Shown here in pieces: positions 22,883-36,657 of a stretch of DNA of 64,000 nt. The stretch spans positions 1-64,000 of the forward strand of contig JAXLNO010000129.1 of NCBI GenBank assembly GCA_038087875.1, read 5' to 3'. Origin of the DNA: Malacoraja senta. Taxonomy: Eukaryota. How positions within the stretch are numbered: position 1 is the stretch's first letter; each line of letters starts with the position of its first letter. Both the position numbers and the translations under genes were made by a program. The notes below the pieces were generated by a model. The model was not told the origin of the DNA. It searched no databases and worked only from the letters and a program-made list of their open reading frames with translations.

Positions 22883-25455
22883 CCGTACCTTTTCATACCT
22901 CTTGTTTCCCTCTCCCCTGACTCTCAGTCTGATGAAGGGTCCCGACCCAAAACATCACCTATTCCTTTTCACAAATGATGCTGCCTGACCCGTTTTGTGT
23001 CTATCTAAGGATGATGACTGGCGGATGAGTTGCCAAGTCCCCTTCTGATGGTTCTGGGTGATTGAACAGGTAAGATTACACAATCAATCAATGCTATTAG
23101 TTATATTAGTAAACACGACAACACTTGTGCATTGCACCCCAGTGTAGAGAGATCTAGGATCCAGCCCACCAAGTCCATGCTGATCATTAGGTATCCATTT
23201 ATAGTAATAATTAAAAAAATTCTCCTCGCATTCTCATTAACATCCCCCTGATTCCACCACTTGCCTACAGAACTCAAACGATTTATGGTGGACAATTAAA
23301 CTACCCCTCTCCCCCTAACCCCACACACAGGTTTTTAAGGTGTGGGAAGAAACCCACTTATTTGCAGGAAGAACATGCAAACTACATGCAGACAGCACAG
23401 GTAGGTCAAGATTGAACCTGGGTTGTTGGTGCGCAGAAACAGGCCCTTCTGCCTACCGAGTCCACGCCAACCAGCGATCCCCGTACACGAGCACTATCCA
23501 ACACGCTAGAGACAATTTTACAATTTTGCTGAAGCCAATTAACCTACAAACCTGTACGTTTTGGAGTGTGGGAAGAAACCGGAGCACCCGGGGAAAACCC
23601 ACGCGGTCACAGGAAGAACGTACAAACTCCGTACAGACAGCACCCATAGACAAGATCGAACCCGGGTTTCTGGTGATGTAAGGCAGCAACTCTCCTGCTG
23701 CACCACCACACCGCCCTACTCTTTAACTAACTTCTGCCTGATTAGAACGGATACTTCCATGCAGGAGTCTTACAAGGACCAACGACAGAAGCAGCAAACG
23801 CAATAGGTTCAGAGAGGTATAAACCACAACAGAGTTATTCCGATTCCAGGAAGGCCAGTACTGAGAAGTTTGCATTTGAAGAAAAATGAGATCCGGAAGG
23901 TTCTGTGCAGAAGGAAACAAATTCTGAACATTGCACGGGAATTTCCTCCAATGCCTTTTGCCTTTTTGCACGAAAATGATTAAATACACTGAAGCACTTC
24001 TGAGCTGCCTGCTAATATTTTCAGGCTCATTTGGAGCATGAAATGCTTGAACGTTTAAAACCCTTAGCACATTTGCATTTGTTCGTCTTATGAGGTGCAT
24101 TTTCAGTTCTCGCAAGCTCTGTATTTGAATTAAAGGAGGAGCCTTCTAGACCTGGGAATCTCCACTTTCAACAGTTGGCAGATGGAGTGTAATCCATACC
24201 TTTCTGTATTTGATAACAATTTCCATGATTTTTTTAAAAACTATGGCTGAGCCAAGCTGGGAGAAAGCTCCTTTATTTCAACTTGGCTGCATTTCATTTC
24301 TGTGTTCGACGGGGTGGTGATGTCAAAGCGAGGGAGGTCAGCACGGCAAGTTATGATATTCATCTGGTTCTCAGTCTGGTCACTTCCCCATCTCTTGAAT
24401 AAAAAAGTTTTTTTTTTGCTGTGCCTCAGACAGTAGCGCTCTTACATCGAGGGGTCAGGCAGCTTCAGATTCAAGTGTCAATGTAGAGGATTGAGTACAA
24501 ATGTCTGGCACCAACAGTCCACTGATGTGGGAGAGCGCTTGAGAGGTATTACATGCAAGATAAAACCAGAACTGCTGGAGATATAACATAGAAAAGTACA
24601 GCACAGGAATGGGTCATTTGACCCACAGTAGTCATAGAGTCATAGAGTGATACAGTGTTGAAACAGGCCCTTCGGCCCAACTTGCCCACACCGGCCAACA
24701 TGTTCCAGCTACACTAGTCCCACCTGCTCGCGTTTGGTCCATATCCCTCCAAACCTATCCTATCCATGTATGTCTAACTGTTTCTTAAATGTTGGGATTT
24801 AACCAACATTTAAACCAGCTCCTCTGGCAGCTTGTTCCATACACCCACCACCCTTTGTGTGAAAAAGTTACCCCTCGGATTCCTATTAAATCCTTTCCCC
24901 TTCACCTTAAACCTATGTTACTCGATTCCCCTGCTCTGGGCTAGAGACTCTGTGCATCTACCCGATCTATTCCTCCTGATTTTATACACCTCAATACGAT
25001 CACCCCTCAATCTCCTGCACTCCAAGAAGTAATATCTATGTCAAGGCCAACTGCCTATTATCTGCCTGTACATGATCCATATCGCTCCATTCCGACATAT
25101 CCATGTACATATCAAAAAGTCTCTTAAATGCCACTATTGTATCTGCCTCTACCATTACCCTAGGCAGAGGTTTCGAGACACTCACCACCCTCTATGCAAA
25201 AAAACCTACACCACACAACTCCTTTAAACTGCCCACCTCACCTTAAAGCTATGCCTGAGCTAGACCAGCCTGGGAAAATGGTTCTGGCTGTCTACCCCAT
25301 CCATATATACTAGACTAAGTGGGACCCATTGGGCCCCAGGTTCACATGGGAAGGCTGGTCCCCCAACACAATATTCCACCTCTCCACCAATTCCAATTTT
25401 GGTGGTCAGTTGGGGGGGGGGGGGCTTTCTGGAGCGCTCGCATGGGTGTTGTGGG

Positions 25456-25822
25456 TCAAGTCAAGCACAGTGAGTGAAGGGCCAACAATCCATTTCAATC
25501 CATTTCAAGTCAAGTCAAGTCAATCCATTTCAAGTCAAGTCAAGTCAATCTATTTCAAGTCAAGTCAAGTCAATCCACTTCAAGTCAAGTCAAGTCAATC
25601 CACTTCAAGTCAAGTCAAGTCAAGTCAAGTCAAGTCAATCCACTTCAAGTCAAGTCAATCATTTTCAAGTCAAGTTAAGTCAATCCATTTCAAGTCAAAT
25701 CAAGTCTAGTCAAGTCAATCCATTTCAAGTCAATGCAAGTCAATCCATTTCAAGTCAAGTCAATTCATTTCAAGTCAAGTCAAGTCAATCCATTTCAAGT
25801 CAAGTCAAGTCAATCCATTTCA
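25456..25822. repeat. (AAGTC)n pentamer satellite punctuated by AATCCATTTC
   Basis: Directly visible. Confidence 0.95.
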
Positions 25823-26204
25823 AGGGCAAGGCAAACAACTCATTGCATTGTCATTGCATTTCCAATTTTGCATTGCAGTTTCAAGCACAGGCAGGGCAGG
25901 CCAAACAACTCATTGCATTATCACTTCATTTCCAATTTTGCATTGCAGTTTCAAGCACAGGCATGGCAGGCCAAACAACTCATTGCATTATCACTTCATT
26001 TCCAATATTGCATTGCAGTTTCAAGCACAGGCAGGGCAGGCCAAACAACTCATTGCATTGTCACTTCATTTCCAATTTTGCATTGCAGTTTCAAACACAG
26101 GCAGGGCAAGCCAAACAACTCATTGCATTGTCACTTCATTTCAATTTTGCATTGAAGTTTCAAGCACAGGCAGGTCAGGCCAAACAACTCATTGCATTGT
26201 CATT
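25821..26204. repeat. 70-bp tandem minisatellite, about 5.5 copies
   Basis: Unit gcagggcaggccaaacaactcattgcatt.tcacttcatttccaattttgcattgcagtttcaagcacag starts at 25821, 25891, 25961, 26031, 26101 and about 26169. Confidence 0.95.
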
Positions 26205-26295
26205 AAGGGCTAACAAATCATTTATTGCAAGTACATTACAGACTCACAGTTCAGTTGATTCACAGCTTGGGAATCACAGTTGTGACTCTCCCTCG

Positions 26296-27238
26296 CAATA
26301 GACAATAGACAATAGACAATAGGTGCAGGAGTAGGCCATTTGGCCCTTCGAGCCATTCAATGTGATCATGGCTGATCATCCCAAATCAGTACCCCGTTCC
26401 TGCCTTCTCCCCATATCCCCCTGACTCGCTATTTTTTAAGAGCCGTATCTAGCTCTCTATTGAAAGCATTCAGAGAACCTGCCTCCACCGCCCTCTGAGG
26501 CAGAGAATTCCACAGGCTCACCACTCTCTGTGAGAAAATGTGTTTCCTCGTCTCCATTATAAATGGCTTACTCCTTATTCTTAAACTGTGGCCCCTGGTT
26601 CTGGACTCCCCCCAACATCGGGAACATGTTTCCTGCCTCCAGGGTGTCCAAAACCCTTAACAATCTTATATGTTTCGATAAGATCCCTTCTCATCCTTCT
26701 AAACTCCAGAGTGTACAAGCCCAGCTGCTCCAATCTCTCAGCATATGACAGTCCCGCCATCCCGGGAATTAACCTTGTAAACCTACGCTGCACTCCCTCA
26801 ATAGCAAGAATGTCCTTCCTCAAATTAGGGGACCAAAACTGCACACAATACTCCAGGTGTGGTCTCACTAGGGCTCTGTACAACTGCAAAAGGACCTCTT
26901 TGCTCCTATATTCGATTCCTCTTGTTATAAAGGCTAACATGCCATTCGCTTTCTTTACTGCCTGCTGTACCTGCATGCTTACTTTCATAGACTGATGTAC
27001 AAGGACCCCCAGATCCCGTTGTACTTCCCCTTTTCCCAACTTGACCGCCATTTAGATAGTAATCTGCCTTCCTGTTTTTTCTACCAAAGTGGATAATCTC
27101 ACATTTATCCGCATTAAACTTCATCTGCATGCATCTGCCCACTCCCCCAACCTGTCCAAGTCACCCTGCATTCTCATAGCATCCTCCTCACAGTTCACTC
27201 TGCCACCCAGCTTTGTGTCATCTGCAAATTTGCTAAGT
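26296..27238 (-). mobile_element. CR1 LINE 3' fragment nested in the Helitron
   Basis: ORF 26581-27051 encodes the RT C-terminus; (CAATAGA)n tail at 26296. Confidence 0.9.
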
Positions 27239-27869
27239 TACTTTGAACATTGTTGAACATTGAACTTTGAGCAATCTTCCAGAGTGACTGACACGTCCAG
27301 GCATCCAGGGTTTTATAGTCTGCCCCCCCCCCCCCCACCGGAAGAGGCTTTACCATCATCATGATGATTGATAGGCGACAGGACCAGTCAGCTGATCTCA
27401 AGATTTTAAAACATTCATAACTTTTTTATTTTTCATCGATCAGAAAAATCCTCAGGGCTGCCTCAGCGGAGGAGGGCTGTGAGTAAGATGGCCAAAAATC
27501 ATAGCAATATATGGTAGCTTTTTTTTCTAAAATCATTATACAGCGCAGACAGGAAGTGGTCAAGATGAGACTTTTAGTTATATAGATAGTTACTGGGATT
27601 CTGAAATACTAGAGTATGCTGGAAATGCTCAGATGGTCAGGCAGCATCTGTGCAGGGAGAAAAACAGTGAATGTAACTTACGGATGATCGCACGTCAAAA
27701 CTGGCCTGTTCTGGTACAATTAGGGGAAGGTTGAGTACCTGTACGTGCCAAATCAAGTATTGCCTCAATGGAAGATGAGGTGCTTTACCTGGAGTTTATT
27801 GCAGATTTTTTAAAATTCAAACATACAGCATGGAAACAGACCCTTCCACGTTGAACAGCATGGAAACAG

Positions 27870-30790
27870 ACATAATTGTATATAGGGGTAAGAAGCGTTG
27901 TAAAAACAAGCCTGAAGGCTTTGTGTCTCAATGCAAGGAGCATTCGTAATAAGGTCGATTTGAACGTGCAGATAGCAATTAATGATTATGATATAGTTGG
28001 GATCACGGAGACATGGCTCCAGGGTGACCAAGGCTGGGAGCTGAACATCCAGGGATATTCAATATTCAGGAGGGATAGAGAGAAAGGAAAAGGAGGTGGG
28101 GTAGCGTTGCTGGTTAGAGAGGAGATTAACGCAGTGGAAAGGAAGGACATTAGCTTGGGAGGATGTGGAATCGGTATGGGTAGAGCTACGAAACACTAAG
28201 GGGCAGAAAACGCTGGTGGGTGTTGTGTACAGGCCACCTAGCAGTAGTAGTGAAGTTGGGATGGCATCAAACAGGAAATTAGAAATGCGTGCAACAAAGG
28301 CAAAACAGTTATAATGGGTGACTTCAATCTACATATAGATTGGGTGAATCAAATTGGCAGGGGTGCTGAGGAAGAGGATTTCTTGGAATGTATGAGAGAT
28401 AGTTATCTAAACCAACATGTAGAGGAACCAACGAGAGAGCAGGCTATTCTAGACTGGGTATTGAGTAATGAGGCAGGGTTAGTTAGCAGACTTGTTGTGC
28501 GTGCCCCCTTGGGCAAGAGTGACCATAATATGGTTGAGTTCTTCATTAGGATGGAGAGTGACATTGTTAATTCAGAAACAACGGTTCTGAACTTAAAGAA
28601 AGGTAACTTTGAGGGTATGAGACGTGAATTGGCCAGATTGACTGGCAATTAGTTCTAAAAGGGTTGACGGTGGATATGCAATGGAATGCATTTAAAGACT
28701 GCATGGATGAACTACAAAAAATGTTCATCCCAGTTTGGCAAAAGAATAAATCAGGGAAGGTAGTGCATCCGTGGATAACAAGGGAAATCAGGGATAGTAT
28801 CAAAGCAAAAGATGTTGCGTACAAATTAGCCAGAAAAAGCAGCATACCAGAGGACTGGGAGAAATTCAGAGACCAGCAGAGGAGGACAAAGGGCTTAATT
28901 AGAAAGGGAAAATAGATTATGTAAGGAAACTGGCAGGGAACATAAAAACTGACTGCAAAAGTTTTTATAGATATGTGAAGAGAAAGAGATTAGTTAAAAC
29001 AAATGTAGGTCCCATGCAGTCAGAAACAGGTGAATTGATCATGGGGAACAAGGGTATGGCGGACCAATTGAATAACTACTTTGGTTCCGTCTTCACTAAG
29101 GAAGACATAAATAATCTGCCGGAAATAGCAGGGGGCCGCGGGTCAAAGGAGATGGAGGAACTGAGTGAAATCCAGGTTAGTCGGGAAGTGGTGTTGGGTA
29201 AATTGAATGGATTAAAGGCCGATAAATCACCAGGGCCAGATAGGCTGCATCCCAGAGTACTTAAGGAAGTAGCTCCAGAAATAGTGGATGCATTAGTGAT
29301 AATTTTTCAAAATTCTTTAGATTCTGGAGTAGTTCCTGAGGATTGGAGGGTAGCAAACGTAACCCCACTTTTTAAGAAGGGAGGAAGAGAGAAAACGGGG
29401 AATTACAGACCAGTTAGTCTAACATCGGTAGTGGGGAAACTGCTATAGTCAGTTATTAAAGATGGGATAGCAGCACATTTGGTAAGGGGTGAAATCATTG
29501 GACAAAGTCAGCATGGATTTACGAAAGGTAAATCGTGTCTGACGAATCTTATATAATTTTTCGAGGATGTAACTAGTAGAGTGGATAGGGGAGAACCAGT
29601 GGATGTATTGTATCTGGACTTTCAGAAGGCTTTCGACAAGGTACCACATAAGAGATTAGGATACAAACTTAAATCACACGGTATTGGGGGTTCAGTATTG
29701 ATGTGGATAGAGAACTGGCTGGCAAACAGGAAGCAAAGAGTCGGAGTAAACGGGTCCTTTTCACAATGGCAGGCAGTGACTAGTGGGGTACCGCAAGGCT
29801 CAGTGCTGGGACCCCAGCTATTTACAATTTATATTAATGATCTGGACGAGGGAATTGAAAGCAACATCTCCAAGTTTGCGGATGACACTAAGCTGGGGGG
29901 CAGTGTTAGCTGTGAGGAGGATGCTAGGAGACTGCAAGGTGACTTGGATAGGCTGGGTGAGTGGGCAAATGTTTGGCAGATGCAGTATAATGTGGATAAA
30001 TGTGAGATGGCAAAAACGGGAAGGCAGACTATTATCTAAATGGTGGCCGATTAGGAAATGGGGAAGTGCAGCTAGACCTGGGTGTCATGGTACACCAGTC
30101 ATTGAAAGTAGTCATGCAGGTGCAGCTGGCAGTGAAGAAAGCGAATGGTATGTTGGCCTTCATAGCAAGAGGATTTGAGTATAGGAGCAGGGAGGTTCTA
30201 CTGCAGTTGTACAGGGTCTTGGTGAGACCACACCTGGAGTATTGCGTACAGTTTTGGTCTCCAAATCTGAGGAAGGACATTATAGCCATAGAGGGAGTGC
30301 AGAGAAGGTTCACCAGACTGATTCCTGGGATGTCAGGACTTTGATATGAAGAAAGACTGGATAGACTTGGCTTATACTCGCTGGAATTTAGGAGATTGAG
30401 AGGGGATCTTATAGAAACGTACAAAATTCTTATGGGGTTGGACAGGCTAGATGCAGGAAGATTGTTCCCGATGTTGGGGAAGTCCAGGACAAGGGGTCAC
30501 AGCTTAAGGATAAGGGGGAAATCCTTTAAGACCGAGATGAGGAAAAACAGAGAGTGGTGAATCTCTGGAACTCTCTGCCACAGAGGGTAGTTGAGGCCAG
30601 TTCATTGGCTATATTTAAGAGGGAGTTAGATGTGGCCCTTGTGGCTAAAGGGATCAGGGGGTATGGAGAGAAGGCAGGTACGGGATACTGAGTTGGATGA
30701 TCAGCCATGATCATATTGAATGGCGGTGCAGGCTCGAAGGGCCGAATGGCCTACTCCTGCACCTATTTTCTATGTTTCTATGTTTCTATG
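27870..30790 (+). mobile_element. CR1 LINE, 5'-truncated at the start of ORF2, with frameshifts and stops
   Basis: Near-identical to 44932-47872; APE and RT motifs (YLDFQKAFDKVPH, GVPQGSVLGP, FADD); (TTTCTATG)n tail. Confidence 0.95.
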
Positions 30791-32263
30791 AACACCAATC
30801 ACCCATTTACACCAATTTCGACGTTATTCAACTTTTGCATCCATTCTCTTGCACACTAGTGGCAATTTATAGAGCCAATTAATCTATAAACCCGCCAGAC
30901 TGTGGGATGTCGGATGAAGCTAGAACACGCAGAGGAATTGTGGAATTCTTTGCCACAGAAGGCTGTGGAGGCCAAGTCAGTGGATATTTTTTAAGGCAGA
31001 GACAGATAGATTCTTGATTAGTGCAGGTGTCAGAGGTTATGGGGAGAAGGCAGGAGAATGGGGTTAGGAGGGAGAGATAGATCGGCCATGATTGAATGGA
31101 GTAGTAGACTTGATGGGCCGAATGGTCAAATTCTACTCCTATCACTTATGACCTTATGAGCTTACGAAACCCACGTGGTCACTGGGAGAACGTTCAAACT
31201 CCACATAGGTCAGGATTGAACCCGAGTCTAGACACCATGAGAGCCTCTTTATCAGCTGCGCTACTGCATCACTCGAGTTGTTTGGAGTCTAAAGGCGGCG
31301 GGGTCATTGTGGGAGTTAGCCTAATGATCTTCTTCTTATCGAGTCCACACACAAGATTAGAAGTTGTTCAGCCAGAGCTGAACAAGTTCTCGGCATCTGC
31401 ATACAATGTCTTATTGCTTCTTGTGCGTGGTGGTAGAAAGATTGGTGGAAACAGGGCCGCGACGTGAACGCTCCTTCTTTGACCCCAGCCTGATGATTAG
31501 TGCGACACATTAAACTCCCATCTGCTTGTGATCAGAGATATAGAGCACCTCGTAATAACGCTAAAGTCAGTTGTTTGGAAACGTTGTTTAAATGCATTGG
31601 TTGCTCAGGTAAAAGGTGAATGGAGATGGAACCAAGTAATGAATAAGGGAAATAGTCCCTCTTTTAAAACTTCTTGGGAGCAAAGAGGAACAGGAATGCT
31701 TCTTCCTAGATAGGAATGGTTTAGGAGGATATGGGCCCAAAGCGGACAGGTGAGAATAGTGTAGATGGGGCATTTTGGTCGGCATGGGCATGTTGGGCCA
31801 GGACCTGTTTCCGTGCTGTATGAGTATATGACTCCATGAATTAACCCAAGAGGCCACTGTTTGGTGGAAGCACATACAATTGTGACATTTAAGAGACTTT
31901 TTGATAGGCACATGGATATGAAGGAATGGAGGGATATGGATTATGTAGAATTAATCTCAGAATCTTTAGAATGCATGATGGAAGCAGGGCCGTTGGAGAA
32001 AACTAAAAGGGTAACAGGAAGAATGTGCAAAGTCCACACAGACAAAAACCGAGGTCAGGATTGAACCCATGTTACAGGATCTCTGAGGCAGCACCATTAC
32101 CTGCACCTTCCAATATTCCATTTTATCTTTGTTGCCACACCTGTAGTCTTGTGTTTAATATGTCCCCTGTACGTATAATGATTGGGTGCTTTTGCTGGGA
32201 AAATGTAATTAGCAAAACTGACTTTTTATTCTTCCCAATACAGTGTTTTCTATAACATATCTG

Positions 32264-32572
32264 GGGCAGCACAGTATCATAAGCACTGGAGTTGCTGATT
32301 TACAGTGCTAGAGACCCGGATACGATCCTGACTATGGGTGCTGTCTGTACGGAGTTTGTACGTTCTCCCTGTGACTGCGTGTGTTTTCTCTGGGTGCTAT
32401 GGTTTCCTTCCACATTCCAAAGTCATGCAGGTTTGTAGGTTAATTGGCTTCTGTAAATTGCCCGTAGTTGCAAAAGTGGGATAACATAGAACTGGCATAC
32501 GGGAGTTGTACATAGCATACTAGCTCTGTGGGCCGAAGGGCCTGTTTCCTGCTGTATCTCTAAACTAATCTA
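32264..32572 (+). mobile_element. V-SINE
   Basis: Degenerate A and B boxes, conserved body and tail. Confidence 0.7.
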
Positions 32573-34299
32573 ACAGTCGAAGGTTTTTTCATGTGGGGCA
32601 GGTTCAGGGTGAGGCATTTTCCTCCTTCTGTAGTTGTTGGAAAAGGCTTGTCGTACAGGACTGCTGGTGCCAGTTATGAGAAGTCCTCACGCATAGGAAA
32701 TGTGTGAGAGAAAGTCTGTTGCTGAAGGACGAGGTGAAGTCTGGGTTGGCAGGACTGGGGTGTGAAGAGAGATTGGGTCAGCTGAGCCTCCCTGCAGGAC
32801 CTATACAACAGAATGTGCAGATCCAGAGCCAGCAACATTATGGGGGACCCCTACCACCCCAGCAACGGACTGTTCCAGCTGCTACGGTCAGGCAAACGCC
32901 TCCGCTGTCATGCTGTGAAAACAGAGAGAATGAGATGGAGTTTCTTCCCACAGGCCATCAGGACTGTAAACTCTTATCTCACCAGGGACTAATTTACCGT
33001 TGTGCTGTGTTGTGTCTTTTTAAAATTGCTGTTTTTTTTCTAACATGTAAAAACTGATTTTGTTCTATTCTGTACTGTAGTTTTTGCACAATCCGCAGGC
33101 ATTGCCACTTTCATTTCACTGCACATCTTGTATGTGTATGTGACAAATAAACTTGACTTGACTTGACTTGGTGTGCAGAAGGACGAGAGAGGATCTCACT
33201 CGCGATAGCGCAGGCAGGTAGGACTAGTGTAGGGGCAAATTGGGCCAAAGGGCCTGTTTCCACGCTGTTTGACTCTATGACCCAGCGTGAGGTCCAGCGG
33301 TAGGTGGAGGAACCCAGGTGGGAGGGCACCCAGAACAAAGTGGGACCCGGAGTGGGGGGGTGGGGACACCGAGAACAAAGGGGGGGGGGGGGGGGGAGAA
33401 GGAAGAGGGACTCTATTGAATACGTTTGTAACTTTGTCAATGGCCTTTATGTGGCGACTCTTGCATACTTGGATGCAAACAAAGAACCTCACTGCACCAA
33501 GTACACGTGACAGTATTAATCAATCTATCTATCTACACGGTTCTAAAAGGTGGAGACAGTCTAGATACAGATAGGGGGTTTCCTGTGACTAGTGGGTGCA
33601 GAACAGGGCTTACAATATCAGAATATGGAATATGTAATTTGCGACTCAGATTAAAGGGTGGTGAACCTGTGGGATTTTCTGTCACAGAAGGCTTCTGCCC
33701 AGCTTCATCTCGCAGACTCATCAAGCAGAGTATTTCGTAAGTTCATGTCATAGGAGTAGAATGAGGCCATTCGACCCATCGAGTCTACTGTGTCATTCAA
33801 CCATGGCTGATCTATCTTTCCCTCTCGACTCCGTTCTCCTGCCGTCTCTATATTGCGCTTGACACCCTTTGATGCCATGCCAGGAATTTGGGGTGCCCTC
33901 TCCCTAGTTGATGGTCTGTCGTGGCTTCCACCGGGGATCTAAAGCTTGTGGAACAGCTATTTTCTAAGCAAAGATTGTAATGCTTCCATTTAGGTGGTGC
34001 AGACAGGGCTTCAATCAGCATGAGTTAACTTCCACTGAAGTTAACTGTTCACAGATTTGTAACCACAAGTATGCATGAAAACGGTGAATGCAAGATTTAT
34101 TTGCAGCCTGAGATGGAAGGATGAATTTTGTCACATCATCTAGCACGGAAGCTACCTTGCACATTAGTTCTGGCATAAACTTCCTATCTGCACAAGTCCC
34201 ATCTGTACAAGTCCCAGCATCCTCAGCATTGGCATATCAAGTGCTCGTATAAATACTTCTGAGATATTGTGTGAGTACTTCCCTCTATCGCCCGATCTA

Positions 34300-35115
34300 G
34301 GGCAGCACGGTGGCGCAGCGGTAGAGCTGCTGCCTTATAATCCCAGAGACCCGGGTTCGATCTATACTGCGGGTGCTGGTTGTTACGGATTTTGTACGTT
34401 TTCCCTGTGATCGCGTGAGATTTTTCCGGTGCTCCAGTTTCCTCCCACATTCCAAAGACGCACAGGTTTGTAGGTTAATTGGCTTCTGTAAGTTGCCCCT
34501 AGTGTATAGGATAGGAAAGTGGGATAACGTAGAATTAGTGTGCGGGTGATTGATAGTAGGCATGGTCTCAGGGGGCTGAAGGGCATCTTTCCATGTTACA
34601 TCTCTAAACTAAACTGTCTCCGGCAGTTGTTTCAGATTTCAACCACTCTCTGATTTTTCAAAATTATTTCTCAAATCCTGCCTAAATCTCCTCCCCTTTA
34701 CATTAAACCTTGGTCATTGACACCTCTGCTCTGGGGAAAGTATTTTTCACTTCTTGCCCCATTTAGGCACCTTAATGTTTTGTTGTCAAAACCCAGTGAC
34801 TACAATGGTCAATGGTGGCAATGGGCAGCAGGGTGACGCAGTGGTAGAGCTGCTGCCTTACAGTGCCAGGGACCCAGGTTCAATCCTGACCATGGGTGCT
34901 GTCTGTACGGAGTTTGTACATTCTCCCCGCGTCCGCATGGGTTTTCTCCAGTTTCATCGTATGTTCCAAAGACGAACCAAAGGTTTGTAGGCTAATTGGC
35001 TTCGGTAAGAATTATAAATTGTCCCTGGTGTGTAGGATAGTGCTAGTGTACGGGGATCGCAGGTCGGCATGGACTTGGTCGGACAAAGGGCCTGTTTCCA
35101 CATTGTATCTCTAAA
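34300..35115 (+). mobile_element. Two tandem V-SINEs (about 34300-34615 and 34822-35115)
   Basis: Each copy has an A box, B box, core and CR1-like tail. Confidence 0.75.
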
Positions 35116-36016
35116 ACCCATGTCAATCTCTTGTGCTCCAAGCGAAACAAACTCAGCATTTCACCAGCTTGTGGGTTAATGGCATATTGTGATCCTCGTA
35201 AAGGTATATCCAATGTATTCCAAGGTAAAGGTATTTCCCATGTATTCCAATCTCCCACATCCCCTCCACCCAGCTTAATGTTAGAATTAGCTCTGAGGGC
35301 TAACGGAATCAAGGGATATGGGGAGAAAGCAGGAACGAGGTACTGAGTTGGATGATCAGTCATGATCACATTGAATGACGGTGCTGGCTTGAAGGGCCGA
35401 ATGGCCTACTCCTCCTGCACCTATTTTCTATGTTTCTATCCATGCAAAAATGAAAGGAATTTGGATCATGGCATTCTATTGAAGTCTTTAAGGAACAAGA
35501 GCCTAGCAAAGTAAATAGTCTCGAGCCGAAACGTCACCCAATCCTTCTCTCCAGAGATGCTGCCTGTCCTGCTGAGTTACCCCAGCATTTTGTGTCTACC
35601 TTCGTAGAACAAAGTTGTGTATGGTGTGTGAGCACAGTCCTCACAATTGGACCTCAACAGTTGGCGTAAATTCTCCTGCCAAACCTCATTTGGTTCAAAA
35701 GGCACCTGGAATTTTCTGAATGAAAAACACAATGTATAACATTCCTGTGTAAACAACAATCTCTAAAAACGAAAATTCAACTCTGTTATTCTGAATTGGG
35801 TTCTGTTATTTTTCTAAATTCCAGAATGTTACAGAAATATATGAGATTCCACCAGAGATTTAAAAAAAACTGGTTTCTCTCACATTGCATGCTACATGTT
35901 GGCATTTATAGTGCCCGGCTCCACCAGATGTTTGGTACAATTGAAAGAAACAGAAGAATTGGAAGGAGCAGTGGGTAAACATGGAGCCGGCTTCATTCCT
36001 AACCCAAATGACAACC

Positions 36017-36207
36017 GCGTAGGAAGGAACTGCAGATGTTGGTTTACACTGAAGAAAGACACAAGATGTTGGAGTAACTCAACGAGACAGGCAGCATCTC
36101 TGGAGAGAGGGAATGGAGAAGGGTCTCGACCCGAAACGTCACCCATTCCCTCTCTCCGGACATGCTGCCTGTCCCGCTGAGTTACTCCAGCACTTTGTGT
36201 TTATCCT
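36017..36207. mobile_element. Fold-back Penelope mini-insertion with target-site duplication
   Basis: Inverted pseudo-LTR arms; AAATGACAACC duplicated at 36006-36016 and 36208-36218; partial hammerhead (stem II plus GAAACGTC). Confidence 0.8.
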
Positions 36208-36657
36208 AAATGACAACCAACAAGTTCCTCGTTCAGGCTTTGCGCCTTCTTTACATGCTCAGCTGCACTGAGTTGAAAAGCCTCTGCCTTTGGGTCCTTC
36301 AGCTCAGTTGATCAGATTAGTGTCGAGCTGCGGAGAAACCATAGACAAAGTATATTTATTGCTGCTCGGTGTATAGCTGGAGACTAACGCATCTGTCAGA
36401 GCCCGAACAAGTACATGTGGGACAAGAGGCCTGTTTCAGTTTGTTCTCATTCTCTTCTCTCTTGCTGACACTAACTTCATGACTTTGTGCTGATTGCTGC
36501 TGATGAGGGAGTCTGTTGTTCATCAGGGACAAAACATGTCACTCTGTCACAGACCAACGAAGGGGTTTCTCTATCATGCATCAGCAGATGCTACGCTCTG
36601 CCCTTCAGTTTTGTGTCATTGGCGATCACGCTCATCGCCAGCCTGATTTTTTTTTTT

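Larger units (their letters stand above)
25310..27586 (-). mobile_element. Non-autonomous Helitron carrying tandem repeats and a nested CR1 fragment
   Basis: On the minus strand the 5' end is A|TCTATATAACTAAAAG (27586) and the 3' end is hairpin GGGGCCCAATGGGTCCC (25321-25337), then 7 nt, then CTAG|T (25310). No TIR or TSD; inserted between A and T. Confidence 0.75.

Noticed and set aside
25821..26204. Regularly spaced 70-bp repeats resembling a CRISPR array
   Set aside because: The units are contiguous with no unique spacers, there are no cas genes, and the context is eukaryotic; it is a minisatellite.
25329..26301. QVKSS-repeat ORFs up to 275 aa
   Set aside because: Stop-free translation of the satellite arrays.
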